A DNA stretch of 64,000 bases from Acidimicrobiia bacterium (GCA_040880765.1 JBBDHT010000066.1:4513-68512), one strand, 5' to 3'; positions 17,941 through 29,051 are shown, counted from the stretch's first letter. Notes: generated by a model from the sequence alone, not told the origin. Numbers and translations are program-made.

Positions 17941-18954
17941 TCAGCTCTTCTGTGCCGCGGAGTCGAACCATGCGCTCCAGTCTCCGAACTCGCCGTCCGT
18001 GACCTTCAGGGTGATTGCGTCAGTCAACAATGCGAGGTGAGGCGGTCTCCGCGACGGGGCGGTGGTGATGGCCGCCACGTCGGGATGGGCCATGAGCCAC
18101 GCCAGGGCGAGGGCTCCGGTCTGTGTTCCTCGCTCGGCCGCCACCGACGCCAGTCGGTCGACGGCGTCGAGGACTTCTGCCGGGACTTCGTCTAGATATC
18201 CGATGTCGAGCAAGCTTCCGACAGGTGGGGACTCGCCACGACGGTACTTGCCGGTCAGAACGCCCGAAGCCAGGGCCGAATAGGCCGTGTACACGATCCC
18301 GCGCTCTTTGGCGATGGAGCGGACCTCAGCGTCACCCGCCGGGCCGAGGAGGTTGAACCCGTTCTGGATGACCTGGTAGCCAGCGACGCCCATCCTGTCT
18401 GCCGCCTCGATAGCGGTAGCCAACCGATCGCCATCGATGTTGCTGGCCCCGACCAGTCGGGTCCGGCCGCTCTCCCTGACGGACTCGAGAGCTTCGAGTG
18501 TCGTCTCGATCGGAGTGGGCTCGTAACCGTCGGGGATCGCCGCATGATTGTCGGGGGCATGGGTGTAGAGGACGTCCACGGCTTCGACGCCGAGACGATC
18601 CAGGCTGCCTGAGAAAGTGCTCTCGATATAGCTTCGGTCGAACCGTCCGGCGCGGCCGTCGAGCCACGGAGGGCCGACCTTGGTCGAGATGTGGATCGAC
18701 TCCGTGATCTCGTCGGGCCGGGAATTGAGCCAGCGCCCGACGATGCGCTCGCATTCACCAGCGGCATAACGTTCGGCTGTATCGAACAGAGTGATCCCCA
18801 ATGCGGCTGCCTCATCCATGGCGGCGAAGGAAGTCGCCTCGTCCATCCCCTTCCCGACGAAGTCGAGGTTCCCACCAATCCCGCCGAAGTTCCCGCAACC
18901 GAGCACCGCCGAACCGTAAAACCAGGTCTTCTCGTCACTGTTCGAGGCGCCCAT
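17941..18954 (-). CDS. aldo/keto reductase
   Basis: 337 aa, with LFDTAERYA, GASN... and an overall AKR (Tas/YakC-like) layout. Confidence 0.88.
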   Translation of the reverse strand: MGASNSDEKTWFYGSAVLGCGNFGGIGGNLDFVGKGMDEATSFAAMDEAAALGITLFDTAERYAAGECERIVGRWLNSRPDEITESIHISTKVGPPWLDGRAGRFDRSYIESTFSGSLDRLGVEAVDVLYTHAPDNHAAIPDGYEPTPIETTLEALESVRESGRTRLVGASNIDGDRLATAIEAADRMGVAGYQVIQNGFNLLGPAGDAEVRSIAKERGIVYTAYSALASGVLTGKYRRGESPPVGSLLDIGYLDEVPAEVLDAVDRLASVAAERGTQTGALALAWLMAHPDVAAITTAPSRRPPHLALLTDAITLKVTDGEFGDWSAWFDSAAQKS

Positions 18955-19090
18955 CCAGCGACCCTAACAAACTCCCAAACCCCGCTGCGTAATGATGTCG
19001 GCAGTTTCAACCTTGCCGAGATGTTCGCAGAAAGATTCTCGATTTCAGCCGTCAGGGGTATTGAATCTGTCACTGGCGTTTCGTACGATA

Positions 19091-19104
19091 CGAACATATG
19101 TTCG
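19091..19104. promoter_or_regulatory. LexA (SOS) box overlapping the HNH-gene start codon
   Basis: CGAACATATGTTCG is a perfect 14-bp palindrome matching the actinobacterial SOS consensus TCGAAC-N4-GTTCGA. The ATG (19098-19100) sits in the spacer. TANNNT hexamer TACGAT lies at 19084-19089. Confidence 0.6.
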
Positions 19105-20372
19105 CTCATAAGAAATCAGCGCACCGGACCACGGCTTTCCCGGTTGGTCTGCTCGATCGGGAGCCCGGCCCCGAACTTGCCGCTTTCCTCTCGGTTGTCG
19201 ATCCCGCCGAGTTGTCGGGTTACGACCAGGTGCTGGTACTTCAGGCTCACCAGAAGATGGCGTCGCATTATGCCGCCCGGACCTATCAGAACATCGCCGA
19301 ACTAGCCGACCTCATGGTCGAGCTCGACGGCGAACTCGAGATCGGATTGGACGCTGCAGCCATGGAGCTCAGAGCGGCCTTGCGATTGACCCGGCGCATG
19401 GCCGAGGTCGAGATCGACTTTGCCCATGTCCTGAAACATCGACTCCCCGACGTCGGCAATGCCCTTTGGTCCGGCGAGATCGATGTCCGTCGGGCTCGTG
19501 TCCTCGTCAACGGCACCGAGCACCTCACCGAAGGACAGGCCCGCCAGGTCGTCGAGAAGGTGATCGGCCAAGCCGGGCAGCTCACCACCGGAGAGCTGCG
19601 GGCGAAGGTCCAGAAACTTTGCCTCGAGATCGAACCGGAAGCTGCCAGGAAACGGTATGAATCCGCTCATGATGACCGTCGCCTCGTCCGTGAGCCCACC
19701 CTCGACGGCACCGCCACTCTCATCCTGAGCGATATCTCCCCGGTGAAGGCCTCCGCCGCTCTGGACCGCATCAACAGCATTGCCGAATCGCTACGGGTGC
19801 CTGGTGAGACCAGGACCATGGACCAGCTCCGGGCTGACATCGCTCTCGACCTCCTCTCCGGAAGCTCCGCTCACCAAACCAAGCGGAAAGGCACCGTCAA
19901 CCTCCACGTCGACCTCGACACTCTGGCCGGCCTGGCCGATCATCCGGGAGAATTGGCAGGCTTCGGACCGGTGATCGCCGACATCGCCCGCCAGGTCGCT
20001 GCCGAGCGAACAGACGCAAAGTGGCGGTTCCGGGTGACCGACCCCGAAACCGGAATGCCGGTTCACATCGGGACCACGAGGCGCCGCGCCGACGCCGGTC
20101 AGCAGCGACACGTGGAACTCCGTGACCTGATCTGCGCCTTCCCCGGATGCCGGATGCCCGCCACCGAATGTGACCTAGACCACACCAAGACCTGGGCCGA
20201 GACCCGAAAGACAAATGTGAACGACCTGGCGCCAGCCTGCCGACACGACCACGTCGGCCTCCACCAATTCGACTGGATCTACCGGCGTATCCCCGGAGGC
20301 GACTACCTGTGGATTAGTCGGCTCGGGCACCGCTACACCAAGAGCGGACGGCCACCGCCCAAGGAATGTTGA
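19098..20372 (+). CDS. DUF222 domain HNH endonuclease (mycobacterial 13E12-repeat-like family)
   Basis: Long helical DUF222-type N-terminal region. C-terminal HNH motif CAFPGCRMPATECDLDHTKTW..NVNDLAPACRHDHVGLH. Confidence 0.85.
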   Translation: MFAHKKSAHRTTAFPVGLLDREPGPELAAFLSVVDPAELSGYDQVLVLQAHQKMASHYAARTYQNIAELADLMVELDGELEIGLDAAAMELRAALRLTRRMAEVEIDFAHVLKHRLPDVGNALWSGEIDVRRARVLVNGTEHLTEGQARQVVEKVIGQAGQLTTGELRAKVQKLCLEIEPEAARKRYESAHDDRRLVREPTLDGTATLILSDISPVKASAALDRINSIAESLRVPGETRTMDQLRADIALDLLSGSSAHQTKRKGTVNLHVDLDTLAGLADHPGELAGFGPVIADIARQVAAERTDAKWRFRVTDPETGMPVHIGTTRRRADAGQQRHVELRDLICAFPGCRMPATECDLDHTKTWAETRKTNVNDLAPACRHDHVGLHQFDWIYRRIPGGDYLWISRLGHRYTKSGRPPPKEC

Positions 20373-20441
20373 CTTCCCCATCCTCCGCCCGAAGCCACAC
20401 CCACGCACAACCTCAGCCATGCTGTCCCGGCAGGACTGTCC

Positions 20442-20993
20442 CTATTCCCGGCGTCTCCCGATCAACCAGGCGATCCCGTCGCCCTCACCTTCAGCGAGCA
20501 GCTCCAGGCTGGAGTACGCATTCCGTAGCTCACCGGCTCTGGCCCGGAACCGGCCAGGTCCGGCTCCGACCTCGCTGAGGGCGGCGGTCGCCAACACAGC
20601 GCCGGGTTTGAGTCGGTCGACAATCGAATCATCGAGCGCCGGATCACGGAAGAGGTAACAGAACACGAGGTCGACCTCCGGGCCGTCGGGCAGTCCATGG
20701 TCCAGATCGTGGACGTCGAACCGACACCGGTCGGAGAGCCCGTGGTGGGCCACCAGCTTCCGGGCGAGGTCGACGGCGACGGGGGAGACATCGACTCCGT
20801 GATAGTCGAGTCCCCGGCCCGCAAGCCACACTGCGGCACGCCCACGGCCGCAGGCCAATTCGAGGGCATCGCCCGTAGTTGGGAAGAGGTCCTCATGAGC
20901 GGCGAACACCGGTGGCGGCCCAGCCTCGTCCAATGGCGCCATCCCGTCTTCGCCATAGCGCCGATCCCATTCGCTTCGGTCTGTCTCGCTCAT
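20442..20993 (-). CDS. class I SAM-dependent methyltransferase
   Basis: SAM motif I ALELACGRGRAAVWLA, followed by GVDVSPVAV (motif II region). Length is 183 aa. Confidence 0.8.
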   Translation of the reverse strand: MSETDRSEWDRRYGEDGMAPLDEAGPPPVFAAHEDLFPTTGDALELACGRGRAAVWLAGRGLDYHGVDVSPVAVDLARKLVAHHGLSDRCRFDVHDLDHGLPDGPEVDLVFCYLFRDPALDDSIVDRLKPGAVLATAALSEVGAGPGRFRARAGELRNAYSSLELLAEGEGDGIAWLIGRRRE

Positions 20994-21058
20994 CGGGCAA
21001 CCCTACGGACCTATCCGGCGCGTCTGCTGTGCCCGGGACTCTCTTACCATGCCTGGCA

Positions 21059-22474
21059 ATGCCTCTCCGCCAGCTCCGCTTTGTAGCCCCCGACGCCCTC
21101 GTCGAAGCAGGGCTGGAGCGAATCCGGGAGCAGAAGCAGATTCCATCCGGCTTCAGCCCAGAGGTGATGGCGGAGCTCTCGGCGATCGAACCCCGTTATC
21201 CCGAGCGCGATCTGACAGACATCCACTTCGTCACCATCGATCCTCCGGGCTCGCGGGATCTCGATCAGGCCTTTCATTTGGAGCAGCGTCGTGGTGGCTA
21301 CACGGTTCGTTATGCCATCGCCGATGTCGGGGCTTTTGTGACCCCGGGCGGCGCCATCGACGCCGAAGCGTGGGAACGCGGCCTGACTTTCTACGCACCG
21401 GACACCCGGACGCCCCTCTACCCGCCGGAGTTGTCGGAGGGGAAGGCAAGCCTGCTTCCCGACCAGACCCGACCCGCCCTCGTCTGGGAAATCGACCTCG
21501 ACGGCGACGGCGAGATCGAAGGGGGCGAAGTCGGCCGGGCGATGGTGCGAAGCCGGACCCAGTTCACCTATGAAGAAGTCCAGGCTCAGCTCGACTCTGG
21601 TACGGCGTCGGGCTCGCTACGTCTCCTCCCCGAGATAGGGCGTTTGCGACAGCTCCTCGAACGCGACCGCGGTGCGGTGAGCCTCAGTATCCCCGAGCAA
21701 CTGGTGGTGAAACAGGACGGTGGATGGAGCCTCGTGTTCAAAGGCCCTCTCCCCGTGGAACGCTGGAACGCTCAGCTCTCGCTGCTCACCGGGATATTCG
21801 CCGCCAGAATGATGACCGACGCTGGAGCAGGCATACTGCGAACTCTGCCGCCGGCCGACCCGCATCGGTTACGGCGTCTCCGCCGAATTGCGACCGGCCT
21901 GGACATCGCCTGGCCCGAGCACCTGGAGTATCCGGATCTCGTGCGCAGCCTCGATGCCCGCATCCCGTCACATTCGGCGCTTCTGGCCGAGGCCACCTCT
22001 CTCTTCGCCGGAGCGGGATACCAGGCCCTTGGCGACGGCGCCGAGCCACAGCTGCATGCCGCCCTCGCCACCCTCTACGCCCACACAACTGCGCCGTTGC
22101 GGCGACTTGTCGACCGGTTCGCCGGCGAGGCATGCCTCGCCATCACCGCAGGGAGGAAGGTCCCCGACCATGTCGCGAGCGCGCTTCCCCAACTTCCGCT
22201 GACAATGGCCCAGAGCGCCAGCAGGGCCGGACAGTACGAAGCGGCGTGCGTCAACTTCGTGGAAGCGGCAGTGATGTCCACACGCGTCGGTGAAGTCTTC
22301 TCTGGAGTCGTGGTGGAAATCGATGACGATAAGCCCCGGGGCGAGGTCCAATTGAAGAACCCTGCCGTTCTCTCAATCATCGAGGGTGACGGCCTCGATC
22401 TCGGTGACCGGTTGCTGGTCCGGGTGGTCGAGGCGTCTCTGCCCGAGGGACGGGTCCGTTTTGAAGTCGCCTGA
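21059..22474 (+). CDS. RNB-domain exoribonuclease (RNase II/R family, short actinobacterial form)
   Basis: Motif I is TIDPPGSRDLDQAFH (canonical ..D....DxDDA). RNB core ..YAPD..PLYPP.. and a C-terminal S1-like beta domain (VFSGVVVEID..GEVQL). Start trimmed to ATG 21059. Confidence 0.82.
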   Translation: MPLRQLRFVAPDALVEAGLERIREQKQIPSGFSPEVMAELSAIEPRYPERDLTDIHFVTIDPPGSRDLDQAFHLEQRRGGYTVRYAIADVGAFVTPGGAIDAEAWERGLTFYAPDTRTPLYPPELSEGKASLLPDQTRPALVWEIDLDGDGEIEGGEVGRAMVRSRTQFTYEEVQAQLDSGTASGSLRLLPEIGRLRQLLERDRGAVSLSIPEQLVVKQDGGWSLVFKGPLPVERWNAQLSLLTGIFAARMMTDAGAGILRTLPPADPHRLRRLRRIATGLDIAWPEHLEYPDLVRSLDARIPSHSALLAEATSLFAGAGYQALGDGAEPQLHAALATLYAHTTAPLRRLVDRFAGEACLAITAGRKVPDHVASALPQLPLTMAQSASRAGQYEAACVNFVEAAVMSTRVGEVFSGVVVEIDDDKPRGEVQLKNPAVLSIIEGDGLDLGDRLLVRVVEASLPEGRVRFEVA

Positions 22475-22558
22475 CCCGGTAGTGCTTCAATCCGCAGCCT
22501 CGAGGCGATAGGTTGAGCATATGCCATCGAATGGCCCCGGCCACCCTGTAACGTCGTA

Positions 22559-22570
22559 GAACACATGTTC
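22559..22570. promoter_or_regulatory. LexA (SOS) box overlapping the ruvC start codon
   Basis: GAACACATGTTC fits GAAC-N4-GTTC. With flanks, TAGAACACATGTTCGT sits against the consensus TCGAAC-N4-GTTCGA. TANNNT hexamer TAACGT lies at 22549-22554 and no SD is visible. Confidence 0.55.
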
Positions 22571-23050
22571 GTTTTAGGTATTGACCCCGGCCTCTCCGCC
22601 CTCGGGTACGGGATGGTCGAAGACACTTTCCCTCCCACTGCCCACCGCGCCGGTGTGATCCGGACCGACCGGGAGGCAAGCACCGAGGCGAGACTCAATG
22701 AGCTCTACGAGGGTCTCGCCCGTCTCATCGGTGACGCAAAGCCCGATTCAGTTGCCATCGAGTCGGTTTTCACCAACCGCAACCTGCAGACGGCGATCTC
22801 GGTCGGTCGGGCTTCGGGAGTGGCGATGCTCGTCGCCGCCCAGCACGGGCTCGCAGTGCATGAATATGTTCCTACGGCGGTGAAGCGGGGAGTCACCGGG
22901 AGCGGAACAGCCAACAAGAAGCAGGTCCAGCAGATGGTGGCCCGCCTCCTCAACCTCTCCGAGGTGCCTAAACCCGCTGACGCAGCCGATGCCCTCGCCA
23001 TCGCCCTCTGCCACCTCCGGGCGGCACCGCTGCTCGAGGCACGGCAATGA
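22565..23050 (+). CDS. ruvC: crossover junction endodeoxyribonuclease RuvC
   Basis: MFVLGIDPGLSALGYG... and ..PADAADALAIALCH. Followed by ruvA and ruvB. Confidence 0.95.
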   Translation: MFVLGIDPGLSALGYGMVEDTFPPTAHRAGVIRTDREASTEARLNELYEGLARLIGDAKPDSVAIESVFTNRNLQTAISVGRASGVAMLVAAQHGLAVHEYVPTAVKRGVTGSGTANKKQVQQMVARLLNLSEVPKPADAADALAIALCHLRAAPLLEARQ

Positions 23051-23612
23051 TTGGCCGGCTCCGGGGGATTCTCGTCTCCTCCTTCGAAGGCGGGGTGTGC
23101 ATCGAGGTTGGTGGTGTCGGCTACGAGGTCAACATGACCCCGCGGGGATTGGTCTCCCTGCCCGGGATCGGCGAAGAAGTAGTGGTCCACACCCACACTC
23201 ACGTCCGGGAGGAAGAATTGAGCCTCTTTGGGTTCGACAGTGAGAACGAACGCGATCTGTTCCGAACCCTTCTCGGCGCTTCCGGCGTCGGCACCAAGGT
23301 GGCGATGTCGATGCTGGGCACGATGTCGCCCCCGGACATCATCCGATCGATCGCCTCCGAGGACTCCGATGCTCTCACCGTTGTGCCCGGTATCGGCAAA
23401 CGCGGTGCGCAGAAAATCGTCCTCGAACTGGCGCCGAAGCTCGCGGGAAGAGATGCCGATGTGCTCCAGGGATCCGGCTCGGCCTCGGTACGCGCCGCCC
23501 TCGAGACCCTCGGCTATACGACCGAGGAGATCAACTCCGTGATCGGGAAGATCGATCCGACCGAATCGGTGGAGACCCAGGTGCGCGAGGCGCTCCGGAC
23601 TCTTGGAGGGCG

Positions 23613-23616
<4 letters not shown>
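23047..23616 (+). CDS. ruvA: Holliday junction branch migration complex subunit RuvA
   Basis: MIGRLRG.., GVGYEV.., [16 protein letters not shown] and [16 protein letters not shown] (HhH motifs). 4-nt overlaps on both sides. Confidence 0.95.
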
Positions 23617-25770
<2,154 letters not shown>

Positions 25771-25780
25771 ATGCCCCTGA

Positions 25781-25793
25781 TTGCCTAACCTGC
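25781..25793 (+). promoter_or_regulatory. 13-mer TTGCCTAACCTGC upstream of yajC (candidate promoter element; identical copy upstream of hisS)
   Basis: Exact 13-nt identity with 31871-31883. Contains the TANNNT hexamer TAACCT. The function is inferred only. Confidence 0.25.
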
Positions 25794-25821
25794 TCTGTCG
25801 GTCCCTACTTTCGGAGGCTTT

Positions 25822-26127
25822 GTGTCCTATTTCGTACTTGCCCAGGAGGCAACAGGAGGCGGGGGAACGACCACCCTGATCTTCCTCGGCCTAATGATCG
25901 CTGTCTTCTACTTCTTCATCATCCGTCCCCAGCGGCAGCGTCAGAAGGCACAACAGGAGTTGTCGGCATCGCTCGAAATCGGTGACGACGTGCGAACCAT
26001 CGGAGGGATCCACGGGAGGATCCTGACCATCGACGAGGAGTCAGTTCTCCTCGAGGTCGAGCAGGGACAGATCAGAATCGCCCGTCGCGCCGTCGGCGCC
26101 AAAGCCGGCGAGACTGAAGCCGTCTGA
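25822..26127 (+). CDS. yajC: preprotein translocase subunit YajC
   Basis: 101 aa with a single TM LIFLGLMIAVFYFFIIRPQRQRQK and then GDDVRTIGGIHGRI. GGAGG lies upstream of the GTG start. Confidence 0.9.
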   Translation: MSYFVLAQEATGGGGTTTLIFLGLMIAVFYFFIIRPQRQRQKAQQELSASLEIGDDVRTIGGIHGRILTIDEESVLLEVEQGQIRIARRAVGAKAGETEAV

Positions 26128-26128
26128 G

Positions 26129-27544
26129 ATGACCCGACGCCTCGTCGGGATTGCCGTCGTGTTGCTCCTGGGGTGGGGCGGACTCGCCGTTGCCATCCTC
26201 ACCGACACAACGCCCCGACTGGGCCTCGACCTCCAGGGTGGGACCGCGGTTATCCTCACCGCTCCTGAAGGAACCGACCCCGAGCTGCTCGAGGTGTCCA
26301 CTCAGATCATGGCCAACCGGATCGAAGACTTCGGTGCGGTCCAGGAGCCTGAGATCGCCATCTCCGGTGATGACACCGTCGTTGTCCAGCTTCCCGGAGT
26401 GGATGACGAGCAGCGTGCTATCGACGCCGTTGGCCAGACCGGGCTCCTCAGCTTCCGGCCCGTCCTGTCCTCAACGCCGGGCACCATCGGGCCCCTGGCC
26501 GGCACGGGAACCGGGAACATCGACGACGAAACCGGTCTCACGATCGAAGACAACATCTCCGAGACGTCCTGGCTCCTCTACGAAGACATCGATGTAGCCC
26601 CGCAAGTGCTCGAACTCGGCCCCGCACAGCTTCAAGGTGAGCACGTCGAACAGGCAATTCCGGCTTTCGACCCGAATTCGGCAGTGTGGGCAGTGACCCT
26701 CGACCTCACCGGTGAAGGAGCCGACCTGTTCGCCCAGTTGACGGCAGAGGCTGCATCCTTCGGACCGGGCGATCCGAGAAGGCAGATCGCCATCGTCCTC
26801 GACGGTCGTGTGATCACCGCTCCCGGTGTGAACACGAGCGTCTCGCCGCAGACGGGCATCACCGGCGGAACCGCCCAGATCACGATGGGACGCACCGATG
26901 ACGACCAGCAGCAAGCCCAGGACCTGGCACTCACCCTTCGTTACGGCTCACTTCCTGTGGCCTTCGAGATCTCCTCCGTTACCAGGGTGTCTGCCACTCT
27001 CGGGCAGGATTCTCTGGACGCCGGCATTGTCGCCGGCCTGATCGGACTCGCCTTGGTTGCGCTGTTCCTTCTGTTCATGTACCGGTCGCTGGCAATGGTC
27101 ACCATCGTCGGGTTGACCGTGTTCGGGTCACTCCTGGTCACCCTCTTCGGAGTGCTCGGCAGACTCCAAGGCCTCACCCTCACCCTTGCCAGTGTGACCG
27201 GGATCATCGTCGCCATCGGGATCACTGCAGACTCGGACATCGTCTATTTCGAACGGATCAAGGACAAGGTCCGTGACGGCGTCCCGGTCGATCAGGCGGC
27301 GGAGGAGGGTTTTGCACTCGCTTTCAGGACGATTCTCACCGCCGACACCGTCAGCCTGCTCGGAGCCATCCTGCTCTGGGTTCTCGCGGTCGGGGCCGTC
27401 AAGGGGTTTGCCATGGCTCTTGGGCTGGCCAACATCCTCGACATCTTTATTTTCCGTACCTACACCAGGCGAGCGGTGGCCAGCATGGCCGAATCCCGTT
27501 TCGCCGAAGGTGGCAGATTCAGTGTCACCGGGGCAGCCTCATGA
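26129..27544 (+). CDS. secD: protein translocase subunit SecD
   Basis: LGLDLQGGT... with a periplasmic domain and C-terminal 6-TM bundle (GIIVAIGITADSDIVYFERIKD). Confidence 0.93.
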   Translation: MTRRLVGIAVVLLLGWGGLAVAILTDTTPRLGLDLQGGTAVILTAPEGTDPELLEVSTQIMANRIEDFGAVQEPEIAISGDDTVVVQLPGVDDEQRAIDAVGQTGLLSFRPVLSSTPGTIGPLAGTGTGNIDDETGLTIEDNISETSWLLYEDIDVAPQVLELGPAQLQGEHVEQAIPAFDPNSAVWAVTLDLTGEGADLFAQLTAEAASFGPGDPRRQIAIVLDGRVITAPGVNTSVSPQTGITGGTAQITMGRTDDDQQQAQDLALTLRYGSLPVAFEISSVTRVSATLGQDSLDAGIVAGLIGLALVALFLLFMYRSLAMVTIVGLTVFGSLLVTLFGVLGRLQGLTLTLASVTGIIVAIGITADSDIVYFERIKDKVRDGVPVDQAAEEGFALAFRTILTADTVSLLGAILLWVLAVGAVKGFAMALGLANILDIFIFRTYTRRAVASMAESRFAEGGRFSVTGAAS

Positions 27545-28512
27545 GCACCTGGTCAAAACTCCGCCGCAGCGAGACCAACATCGACTTCGTCGGGTTGAGG
27601 AAGCGCTGGTTTGTCCTCTCGGCCGTGATCATCTCCCTGGCACTCGTCAGCTTCGCGTTGCGCGGCGGGCTCAATCTCGGTATCGAATTCGAAGGTGGTT
27701 TCGCCCTGCAATCGCCCAACTCCGCAGGTGTCGATGTCGCCACCGTCCGCTCGACGATGGAGGAGGTCGGGATCGTCGGGGCCACGATCCAGGAGCTTGG
27801 TGATGGTGAATCGATCAGGGTTCTCGCCGGTGTCTCCGACGCCCAGGTCGAAGCCGAAGCGATCGCAGCGTTGGCCGAGCTCACCGGTGTCGACCGTGCC
27901 GACGTGTCAATATCAGCAGTCGGGCCCTCTTTTGGCGCACTGGTGCTCCAGCGTTCTCTGATCGCCCTCGCCGTGTTCCTCGGAGCGGTGATTCTCTACA
28001 TCTCGTGGCGGCTCGAGTTCAAGATGGCCATGGCCGGAATCGCCGCTCTCTTGCACGACCTTGTGATCACCGCCGGGGTGTATGCGCTCACCGGGTTCGA
28101 GGTGACTCCAGCAACCGTTGTGGCGATCCTGACGATTCTGGGGTATTCGCTCTACGACACCGTGGTCGTCTTCGACAAGGTCGAGGAACTGGTGGTCGAA
28201 GACGAAAAGAGCTCGTATTCGACGATCGTGAACAATTCGATGAACTCGGTTCTCGGTAGGTCTCTCAGTACTTCGATCACCTCCCTTATCCCCGTTGGCT
28301 CGATCCTTTTTGTCGGAGCCTTCATACTCGGCGCCTCGACCCTCCGCGAGTTTGCTCTAGCACTGTTCGTCGGGATTGGAGTTGGCACCTATTCCTCGAT
28401 CTTTGTTGCCGCCCCGCTTCTTGCAACATGGAAGGAAAGCGAAGAGGAGTGGCAGAACAGAGCAGAGAAGGCGGAGAAGACCGCACGGCGCAGTAAGTCG
28501 GCACGAAGCTGA
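27541..28512 (+). CDS. secF: protein translocase subunit SecF
   Basis: IDFVGLRKRWFVLSAV.., LGIEFEGG.. and YSLYDTVVVFDKV. 4-nt overlap with secD. Confidence 0.93.
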   Translation: MSTWSKLRRSETNIDFVGLRKRWFVLSAVIISLALVSFALRGGLNLGIEFEGGFALQSPNSAGVDVATVRSTMEEVGIVGATIQELGDGESIRVLAGVSDAQVEAEAIAALAELTGVDRADVSISAVGPSFGALVLQRSLIALAVFLGAVILYISWRLEFKMAMAGIAALLHDLVITAGVYALTGFEVTPATVVAILTILGYSLYDTVVVFDKVEELVVEDEKSSYSTIVNNSMNSVLGRSLSTSITSLIPVGSILFVGAFILGASTLREFALALFVGIGVGTYSSIFVAAPLLATWKESEEEWQNRAEKAEKTARRSKSARS

Positions 28513-28526
28513 AGCGGTCGTAGAAT

Positions 28527-29051
28527 GTGATGGTGGAAAGATTTAGTTCCCTCATCCGTGACATCCCCGACTTCCCCAAGAAAGGGGTCGTCTTCAAGGA
28601 CATCACCCCCGTTCTCGCCGACGGAGACGCGTTCAGTGAGCTGATCACCGCCCTGGCCGAACCATTCCAGGGTCTAGGAGTCACCAAGGTGGCCGGAATC
28701 GAAGCCCGCGGCTTCACCCTGGCGACACCGGTGGCGGAGAGATTGGGAGCGGGCTTCATCCCGATCCGCAAACCGGGCAAGCTCCCGTATGAGACAGTAC
28801 GTGAGGACTACGAGCTCGAGTACGGGATCGATTCTCTCGAAGTCCACACTGATGCCGCCGTGGCCGGCGAGAAGGTGCTGATTGTCGATGATGTCATCGC
28901 AACCGGCGGCACGGCAGCCGCCGCAATCCGTCTCCTCCGCCGCGTCGATGCCGACGTGGTGGGCATTTCTGTCTTCATTGAGCTTCTGTTCTTGAACGGC
29001 TCGGAACAACTCGACGGTGTGCCCCTGCATGCACTCATACGCTACGACTGA
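28527..29051 (+). CDS. apt: adenine phosphoribosyltransferase
   Basis: IRDIPDFPKKGVVFKDITP and the PRPP motif VLIVDDVIATGGTA. Confidence 0.95.
   Translation: MMVERFSSLIRDIPDFPKKGVVFKDITPVLADGDAFSELITALAEPFQGLGVTKVAGIEARGFTLATPVAERLGAGFIPIRKPGKLPYETVREDYELEYGIDSLEVHTDAAVAGEKVLIVDDVIATGGTAAAAIRLLRRVDADVVGISVFIELLFLNGSEQLDGVPLHALIRYD

Noticed and set aside
18986-19105. 39-codon ORF (MMSAVSTLPRCSQKDSRF...) in the AKR/HNH divergent intergenic region, and a second ATGTTCGC string at about 19019.
   Set aside because: The ORF has no SD, runs through the SOS box into the HNH start region, and has no recognisable features. The second ATGTTCGC has no matching GAAC half-site 4 nt upstream, so it is not an SOS box.
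20879-21058. Upstream extensions of track ORFs: RNB 20879, tgt 24502, aroE 38922, pyrB 48207, pyrD 54701, fmt 62005, alpha/beta hydrolase 45473, MBL 46312, gltA to 6341, and DUF1697 to 14303.
   Set aside because: The extensions overlap the preceding gene or are compositionally aberrant. Internal ATG or GTG codons give N-termini that match the family consensus, and often form 1-4-nt stop/start overlaps or follow an SD.
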